Part shown: positions 46,796 through 52,452 of the stretch, piece after piece
Layout: each line of letters begins with the position of its first letter
Position numbering within the stretch: the stretch's first letter is position 1
Origin: a virus
Taxonomy: Duplodnaviria > Caudoviricetes
Length of the DNA: 52,452 nucleotides
IMG/VR virus record: IMGVR_UViG_3300042923_000082
Location: 1-52,452 of that record
Strand: one strand, 5' to 3'
The notes under the pieces: generated by a model
Database searches by the model: none
The model's input: the letters and a program-made list of their open reading frames with translations, nothing else
What the model was told of the DNA's origin: nothing
Made by a program: the position numbers and the translations under genes

Positions 46796-46897
46796 GATAG
46801 CAACTTAATTGTAAAGAGCCTCTCGAAAGATATAGTTCTCTCATGGTAAGAGAGCCCTGAAATAAGGGGTGAGGACATGTTCGAATCCTGTGCTATT
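46796..46897 (+). ncRNA. tRNA-like non-coding RNA with an expanded, multi-hairpin anticodon domain
   Basis: Acceptor-like GATAGCA/TGCTATT, D-like CTT-AATTGTA-AAG, T-arm CATG-TTCGAAT-CCTG, followed by a U-tract. Confidence 0.65.
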
Positions 46898-46933
46898 TCT
46901 TTTTGTTTTATTAAAATATTAGGAGGTTATATT

Positions 46934-47239
46934 ATGAAAGAAGTTCAAGATATATTAGAAGAAGTATTAATTAAAGTCAGAGATTTAAAATATTTTAGAA
47001 ATGTTACATTAACAAAACAAGATATTGAGGCGGTTAGTATTATCAGAGAAGAATTGACTAAATTTGCTGACTCTAAGGATATTGATGCTGTGAAACTAAG
47101 ATTTAATAATAAAGAAAGTGACAAAAGGAAAAAAGATATTGAAACTATAAAAAGTATGGATATTAATACTATGATTGAAATTCGAAATGTAATAAACAAA
47201 TATTTGGATGATATGATTCTAGAAAATGATAATAAATAG
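46934..47239 (+). CDS. Hypothetical protein
   Basis: SD AGGAGG before ATG 46934. Confidence 0.7.
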   Translation: MKEVQDILEEVLIKVRDLKYFRNVTLTKQDIEAVSIIREELTKFADSKDIDAVKLRFNNKESDKRKKDIETIKSMDINTMIEIRNVINKYLDDMILENDNK

Positions 47240-47240
47240 G

Positions 47241-47283
47241 AGAAGAAAAGAGTCCGTTTATAGTACAAGGGCTCTTTCTTTTT
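47241..47283 (+). terminator. Terminator
   Basis: AAAGAGTCC...GGGCTCTTT + CTTTTT. Confidence 0.65.
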
Positions 47284-47564
47284 GCCCACTTTTGTTTTTA
47301 TAAATGTGTCCATGCCCACTTTTTTGTAGATAATTTATTATATTTGGTAATAATTGGAAGAATATTTTGTAAATTTGGATACATTTCTGCCCACTTTGCC
47401 CACTTTTTGCCCACTTTTTGCCCACTTTTGTTAAACCCTGCAGGACAGTGATACCAACGGTTTGCGGACTTTTTGCCCACTTTCCCACTTATTTCTCTTA
47501 TTTATTATGATAAAAAATATAGTATATATAGAGAAGTTGTCCAAATAAAGTGGGCAAGTGGGCA
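47283..47564. repeat. TGCCCACTT iteron cluster, putative replication origin
   Basis: Direct copies at 47283, 47313, 47388, 47397, 47408, 47419, 47474 (variant at 47483); inverted AAGTGGGCA at 47548 and 47556; AT-rich spacers; non-coding. Confidence 0.8.
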
Positions 47565-47574
47565 AAGGTGTTTT

Positions 47575-47604
47575 ACGTGGTTTTTACATGGGCTATTATG
47601 AGAA
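47575..47604 (+). promoter_or_regulatory. Promoter-like motif P13
   Basis: ACGT GGTTTTT ACA TGGGC TATTATGAGAA. Confidence 0.75.
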
Positions 47605-47628
47605 CTTATTTTGAAAGGGGATAATAAA

Positions 47629-48072
47629 ATGAACAAAGATATTAAAACAAAAATCGAGAATTATGTATTAGGAGAATTAGAACATTTAAAAAGTTTAGAC
47701 AAACAAGAAGAAGGACACAATGATACTAGAACTAATAGTGTTAAAAACATTAGTACTTTAGTAGAACTATTACAAAAAGAAGATATCAATAATAATGAAT
47801 TACATTTAGAGACTAGAAAGATTGATGGTGCTGAAATTAAAAATAACAGCGATCAAGATCTAAAGGTTAAAGAATTAGATATGAATTCTAAAAGAGATAT
47901 TGAACTTAGAAGTGATAGAATAATAAAAGTAATAACTGATACAGCGGTAGTAGTAGTACCAATTGTATTCTATAATGTATGGATGAATAAAGGATTTAAA
48001 TTTGAAGAGACTGGGACATATACTTCGAACACGTTTAAAAACATGTTTAGTAAATTTAAACCAACAAAGTAA
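47629..48072 (+). CDS. Hypothetical protein with C-terminal hydrophobic segment
   Basis: SD AAGGGG; WMNKGFKFEETGTYTS. Confidence 0.75.
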   Translation: MNKDIKTKIENYVLGELEHLKSLDKQEEGHNDTRTNSVKNISTLVELLQKEDINNNELHLETRKIDGAEIKNNSDQDLKVKELDMNSKRDIELRSDRIIKVITDTAVVVVPIVFYNVWMNKGFKFEETGTYTSNTFKNMFSKFKPTK

Positions 48073-48078
48073 ATTAAA

Positions 48079-48110
48079 TAAAGACTGAGTCTACAAGGGC
48101 TCTTTCTTTT
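48079..48110 (+). terminator. Terminator
   Basis: GAGTCT ACAA GGGCTC + TTTCTTTT. Confidence 0.7.
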
Positions 48111-48141
48111 ATTATAACAAAATATTAAGGAGTGATTAATA

Positions 48142-48408
48142 GTGACAAATAGAATAAGTAATGAACAATTAAAAAATACAATATGTTATAATATTAAAAA
48201 TTGTTGTGATAATGGAAAAAGTGGAACTAATATAGAAATAGCTAAAAAGTTAAATATAACATATAGACAATTATCAAATTATAAAAATGGTACTTCTGAA
48301 CCATCAGCAATAATGATATATTTAATGGCCGACTTATTTAAAATAGATATTAAATGTATGTATATGACATGCGACGAATGGATTGATTATGTTATTAATG
48401 AACAATAA
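48142..48408 (+). CDS. XRE/Cro-family HTH transcriptional regulator
   Basis: EIAKKLNITYRQLSNYKNGTSEPS...MADLF. Confidence 0.85.
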   Translation: MTNRISNEQLKNTICYNIKNCCDNGKSGTNIEIAKKLNITYRQLSNYKNGTSEPSAIMIYLMADLFKIDIKCMYMTCDEWIDYVINEQ

Positions 48409-48449
48409 TTTAAAAAAGAATACAATTACTCTTTCTTTTTATTTCGGGC

Positions 48450-48479
48450 ACGCGAAAATTACATGCCCTTTTATAGAGA
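48450..48479 (+). promoter_or_regulatory. Variant promoter-like motif P14
   Basis: ACGC GAAAATT ACA TGCCC TTTTATAGAGA; flanked by a GGGCA/TGCCC inverted repeat. Confidence 0.7.
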
Positions 48480-48534
48480 GAATAGGCATTTTTGAATGTT
48501 ATGTAAATTAAATTTTACACTCTCTCTATTTTTT
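48473..48534 (+). promoter_or_regulatory. Structured leader / attenuator-like three-way junction
   Basis: ATAGAGAGA/TCTCTCTAT 9-bp stem enclosing two hairpins, then TTTTT. Confidence 0.55.
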
Positions 48535-48576
48535 GGTGTACAAGCTATTTATAAATTATTAAGGGGTGGTTAACAA

Positions 48577-48873
48577 ATGTTAGAGAGTAAGTTTCAGAGT
48601 AACCTAATTAAAAAAATAAAGACAATGTTTGAAGATTGTATAGTTTTAAAAAATGACGCTAACTATATTCAGGGTTTTCCTGATATTTTAATTTTGTACA
48701 AAGACAAATGGGCGACCCTAGAGAATAAAAGATCTAGTACTGCATCTCATAGACCTAATCAATCATTTTATGTAGATCTTACAAATAAGATGTCATTCTC
48801 AAGATTCATATATCCAGAGAATGAAAAGGAGGTATTAGATGAACTTCAACAGGCATTTGGATCTAAAAGATAA
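48577..48873 (+). CDS. VRR-NUC / PD-(D/E)xK nuclease (Holliday junction resolvase-like)
   Basis: LESKFQ...GFPD...LENK...RPNQ. Confidence 0.85.
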   Translation: MLESKFQSNLIKKIKTMFEDCIVLKNDANYIQGFPDILILYKDKWATLENKRSSTASHRPNQSFYVDLTNKMSFSRFIYPENEKEVLDELQQAFGSKR

Positions 48874-49399
48874 ACATGCTTATTTAGGAGCTTCTAAATA
48901 TAGTTGGTTAAACTATTCAGAAGATAAATTAAAAGAAGCATATAATAGATCTGTAGCAGCACAAAAAGGAACTATGATACATGAGTTCGCAGCTAATTGT
49001 ATAAAATTAAGACAAAAATTACCTAAGAGTGAAAAGACACTAAACAAATATGTTAATGATGCTATTGGATATAAGATGCATTGTGAAAAAATATTATTCT
49101 ATTCTGATAATTGTTTCGGTACTGCTGATGCTATTAGTTTTAGAAATGGTTTGTTGAGAATACATGATTTAAAAACAGGAGTTATTCCAGCTCATATAGA
49201 ACAGCTTCTAATCTATGCAGCTCTATTTTGTTTGGAATATAAACTAAGACCATCGGAAATTGATATTGAGTTAAGAATTTATCAGAATGATGAAGTAGTA
49301 TATCATATACCAGAAGGTGATGATATAGTTCCTATCATGGATAAAATAAAAACTTTTGACAAAATCATAAATGATATTAAGAAAGAGGATGATATTTGA
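48839..49399 (+). CDS. Cas4-like / DUF2800-like PD-(D/E)xK exonuclease
   Basis: GTMIH, E, FGTADAI, IHDLKTG, QLLIYA. Confidence 0.8.
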   Translation: MNFNRHLDLKDKHAYLGASKYSWLNYSEDKLKEAYNRSVAAQKGTMIHEFAANCIKLRQKLPKSEKTLNKYVNDAIGYKMHCEKILFYSDNCFGTADAISFRNGLLRIHDLKTGVIPAHIEQLLIYAALFCLEYKLRPSEIDIELRIYQNDEVVYHIPEGDDIVPIMDKIKTFDKIINDIKKEDDI

Positions 49400-52143
49400 T
49401 GAATGATGATCATCTTGAACATTATGGTACTAAAAAACATTCAGGAAGATATAAATGGGGTTCAGGCAACGATCCATACCAACATAGTGGAGATTTTTTA
49501 AGTAGAGTTGACACATTAGAAAAAAGTGGAATGAGTGAAAAAGATGTAGCTGAAAGTCTTGGTCTAAACACAAGCCAACTTAGAATACAAAAATCACTAG
49601 CTAATTCAGAACGTAAAAATCTATTGTATGAAGAAGCGGTAAGTTTAAGAAATAAAGGTTATTCTCTTTCTAAAACCGCTGAATTAATGGGTTACAATAA
49701 TGACTCATCAATTAGATCATTATTAGATGAAAATAGTTTAGAAAGATCTAAGCAAGCTACAAAAACTGCTGACTTTCTAAAGAAACAAGTTGATGAAAAA
49801 GGTATGATAGATGTTGGTACTGGAGTAGAAAGAGAGCTAGGAGTGTCTAAAGAGAATCTTAAGAAATCTCTTTATATATTGGAGATGCAAGGATATCAAA
49901 CTTTTGGAGGAGGAATAACTCAAGCTACAAACAAAAATCAACAGACTAATTTAAAAGTTCTAACTCCACCAGGAACAGAGCATAAAGATATTTATGAATT
50001 TGATAAGATAAAATCCATAGGTAATTATGTTTCTAGAGATGGTGGTGAGACTTTCGACTCATTCAAATACCCAAGTAGTTTAGATAGTAAAAGATTAGAA
50101 ATAAACTATGGAGATAAAGGTGGATCTGATAAGGATGGAGTTGTAGAATTAAGAAGGGGAGTTAAAGATCTATCATTAGGTAATTCAAACTATGCTCAAG
50201 TTAGAGTCATGGTCGATGATAAACATTATATTAAAGGAATGGCTGTATATACTGATGATTTACCAAAGGGTGTTGATGTTAGGTTTAATACTAATAAACC
50301 TTCTGGAACTCCTTTGGAAAAAGTATTAAAACCTATAAAAGAAGATCCAGATAATCCTTTCGGTTCATTGATAAAAGCAGGTGGTCAAAATTATTATGAT
50401 GATCCTAATGGTAAACATATAGACCCAATAACTGGAAAAAAACAATCATTGTCATTAATTAATAAAAGAGCAGAAGAAGGAGATTGGACCGAATGGAAAG
50501 ATAAATTACCTTCGCAATTTTTGGCTAAACAAAATCTATCACTTATCAAGAAACAATTAGATCTAACAAAAAGTGAAAGAGAATCTGAATTTGATGAAAT
50601 TAATTCACTATCTAATCCAACAATTAAAAAAGCTTTATTAAAAACGTTTTCTGATGATTGTGATTCTGCTGCAGTTCATTTAAAGTCAGCAGCTCTACCA
50701 AGACAGAAGTATCATGTAATACTTCCTATAAACTCATTAAAGGACAACGAAGTATATGCACCTAATTATGAGAATGGTGAAAAACTAGCTTTAGTGAGAT
50801 TTCCACATGGTGGTACATTTGAAATTCCTATACTAACAGTTAATAATAAAAATAAAGATGGTAAGAATATTATAGGATCTAATGCTAAAGATGCTGTTGG
50901 TATAACTAGTAAAGTAGCTGAAAGATTATCAGGTGCAGATTTTGATGGTGATACAGTATTAACAGTACCTACAGGAAAGAATGTAAACATAACTTCTACT
51001 AATCCGTTAAAAGGGTTAGAAGGATTCGATAGTAAGTCTTATAAATATTCTAAGTCTAAGACTGATAAAGATGGTAATGAACATTACTATACTGCTGACG
51101 GTACAGAATTTAGAAGAATGAAGAACACACAAACCGAAATGGGTAAAATTTCTAATCTTATAACTGATATGACTTTAAAAGGTGCTTCAGAAGATGATCT
51201 AGCTAAAGCAGTTAGACATTCAATGGTTGTTATAGATGCTGAAAAGCACATACTAAACTATAAGAAGTCTGAAGTAGATAATGGTATAGCTTCTTTAAAA
51301 AGTAAGTATCAAGGTCATTATGACGATCAAGGTAAGTGGCATTCTGGTGGGGCATCGACATTATTATCTAGAGCTAAATCCAAAATAGATATAGTTAAAC
51401 GAAAAGGATCTCCAATTATAGATCCAATTACAGGAGAACAATCGTGGAAAGAGAATTATCAAGAATACACTGACCCTAAAGGAAAAGTTCAAGTTAGAGC
51501 TCAAAAGTCTACTAAGATGTTCGAGACTAATGATGCTCGTACATTATCAAGTGGAACACCTCAAGAAGAAGCTTATGCTGACTATGCTAATAAGATGAAG
51601 TCTTTAGCTAATCAAGCTCGTAAAGAGATGATCTCAACAGGAGACATCAAGTATTCCGCTGAAGCTAAAACTAAGTATTTAAATGAGGTTAATTCTTTAA
51701 ACGCCCAGTTAAATGTATCACTAATGAACGCTCCAAAGGAAAGGCGTGCTCAAGTAATAGCAAATACTGCTATTAAAGCTAAGCAACAAGAGTATCCAGA
51801 TTTATCTAAAGGTGAGTTAAAGAAGATAAGTCAACAAGCTTTAAACGCTGCACGAATTCAGGTTGGAGCTAAGAGAGAACTTATAAAGATCTCAGATAAA
51901 GAATGGGAAGCTATACAAGCCGGTGCAATAAGTCCTAACAAACTAAGTCAGATAATAAACAACTCTGACATGGACATACTAAGACAGAGAGCTACACCTA
52001 GATCTACTAAAGAACTAAGTCAAGTTAAGATTAATAAGATTAATTCAATGTCTAAGTCTGGTTATAGTACTGCTGAGATAGCTAAAAGTTTAGGAATGTC
52101 AAGCACAACTATTGTTAACTACATGAAAGGAGGATTGGATTAA
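49396..52143 (+). CDS. Single-chain double-psi beta-barrel DNA-dependent RNA polymerase (YonO/RdRP-like) with HTH domains
   Basis: KDG, AQVR-x8-IKG (barrel B-like); LVRFPH and LSGADFDGD (catalytic barrel); HTH-like segments at the N- and C-termini. Confidence 0.8.
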   Translation: MMNDDHLEHYGTKKHSGRYKWGSGNDPYQHSGDFLSRVDTLEKSGMSEKDVAESLGLNTSQLRIQKSLANSERKNLLYEEAVSLRNKGYSLSKTAELMGYNNDSSIRSLLDENSLERSKQATKTADFLKKQVDEKGMIDVGTGVERELGVSKENLKKSLYILEMQGYQTFGGGITQATNKNQQTNLKVLTPPGTEHKDIYEFDKIKSIGNYVSRDGGETFDSFKYPSSLDSKRLEINYGDKGGSDKDGVVELRRGVKDLSLGNSNYAQVRVMVDDKHYIKGMAVYTDDLPKGVDVRFNTNKPSGTPLEKVLKPIKEDPDNPFGSLIKAGGQNYYDDPNGKHIDPITGKKQSLSLINKRAEEGDWTEWKDKLPSQFLAKQNLSLIKKQLDLTKSERESEFDEINSLSNPTIKKALLKTFSDDCDSAAVHLKSAALPRQKYHVILPINSLKDNEVYAPNYENGEKLALVRFPHGGTFEIPILTVNNKNKDGKNIIGSNAKDAVGITSKVAERLSGADFDGDTVLTVPTGKNVNITSTNPLKGLEGFDSKSYKYSKSKTDKDGNEHYYTADGTEFRRMKNTQTEMGKISNLITDMTLKGASEDDLAKAVRHSMVVIDAEKHILNYKKSEVDNGIASLKSKYQGHYDDQGKWHSGGASTLLSRAKSKIDIVKRKGSPIIDPITGEQSWKENYQEYTDPKGKVQVRAQKSTKMFETNDARTLSSGTPQEEAYADYANKMKSLANQARKEMISTGDIKYSAEAKTKYLNEVNSLNAQLNVSLMNAPKERRAQVIANTAIKAKQQEYPDLSKGELKKISQQALNAARIQVGAKRELIKISDKEWEAIQAGAISPNKLSQIINNSDMDILRQRATPRSTKELSQVKINKINSMSKSGYSTAEIAKSLGMSSTTIVNYMKGGLD

Positions 52144-52144
52144 C

Positions 52145-52381
52145 ATGAAGAAGCCGATGATAACTACAATAGACAATCCGTATGATCCTCAAAGTGAGTT
52201 CAGCCAATGGTTTGTCTTCGACACCACTAATGGTTATAATACTTGCGCTTATCTAAGTAGAATTGCAAAAACTTCAGAACAATTAAGTGATGAGGAAAAT
52301 GATATCGAGACTGAAAGAGCAATAGATGAAATAATCAAGTATGATTTCCAAAATATTTATAAAAAAATTTATAAAAATTAA
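52145..52381 (+). CDS. Hypothetical acidic protein
   Basis: SD AGGAGG; MITTIDNPYDP...W..FD...GY. Confidence 0.7.
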   Translation: MKKPMITTIDNPYDPQSEFSQWFVFDTTNGYNTCAYLSRIAKTSEQLSDEENDIETERAIDEIIKYDFQNIYKKIYKN

Positions 52382-52390
52382 AAATGTTAT

Positions 52391-52452
52391 ACCGGGGGAG
52401 GGGTCTTCAAAAACCACACCCCCTATTTGATCGGGTGCCTCCCTAAAAAATC
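52391..52452. other. G/C-run-rich genome end (putative cos/packaging region continuing into 1..24)
   Basis: ACCGGGGGAGGGG...CCCCCT...CCCTAAAAAATCCCCGGGGGTA in an AT-rich genome, adjacent to HNH and terminase genes. Confidence 0.55.

Noticed and set aside
46796-46897. Canonical tRNA-Pro(TGG)
   Set aside because: The 7-nt loop CATGGTA lacks U33 and a purine at 37, it sits in an extra multi-branch domain, and the T-stem has a mismatch; kept only as tRNA-like
47258-47488. Minus-strand ORFs 47258..47488 and 47298..47480
   Set aside because: Their KWAK/SGQK repeats are translations of the TGCCCACTT iterons; no SD; against the genome-wide orientation
48142-48408. Lysogeny module
   Set aside because: An XRE HTH is present, but no integrase, partition genes or divergent repressor arrangement was recognised
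48839-49399. CRISPR-Cas system based on the Cas4-like gene
   Set aside because: Stand-alone Cas4-like nucleases are common in phage replication modules; no array or other cas genes

Overview
This window looks like a complete, AT-rich tailed phage genome (siphovirus-type). The first and last 12 nt are identical and essentially all genes are on the + strand. A Clostridium-like Firmicutes host is inferred from the amidase with cell-wall-binding repeats, the holins and the strong SD motifs. About 0.1-24.4 kb holds packaging, head, tail and lysis genes. About 24.4-48.4 kb holds early/replication genes: a helicase-primase-PolB fusion, SSB, SF2 helicase, ThyX, dCMP deaminase, many microproteins and an iteron-like origin. 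About 48.5-52.4 kb holds two nucleases and a 915-aa single-chain, double-psi-beta-barrel (DFDGD) RNA polymerase with HTH domains. The most striking feature is an inferred self-contained transcription and ejection system with four parts: (i) this RNAP; (ii) 14 copies of a fixed-spacing motif ACGC-N7-ACA-N5-TATTATGAGAA heading promoter-gene-terminator cassettes, three of which lead into structured non-coding RNAs (one tRNA-like); (iii) a shared (E/D)-L-x-H-(F/Y)-G-x-K-G-M-x-W-G leader on the RNAP (divergent copy), an ADP-ribosyltransferase and four other proteins, whose L-x-H core recurs at domain junctions of the protease-scaffold-capsid polyprotein; (iv) a TCAAAATGG 9-mer seen only in the late region. 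All family assignments come from motif recognition by eye; no searches were run.
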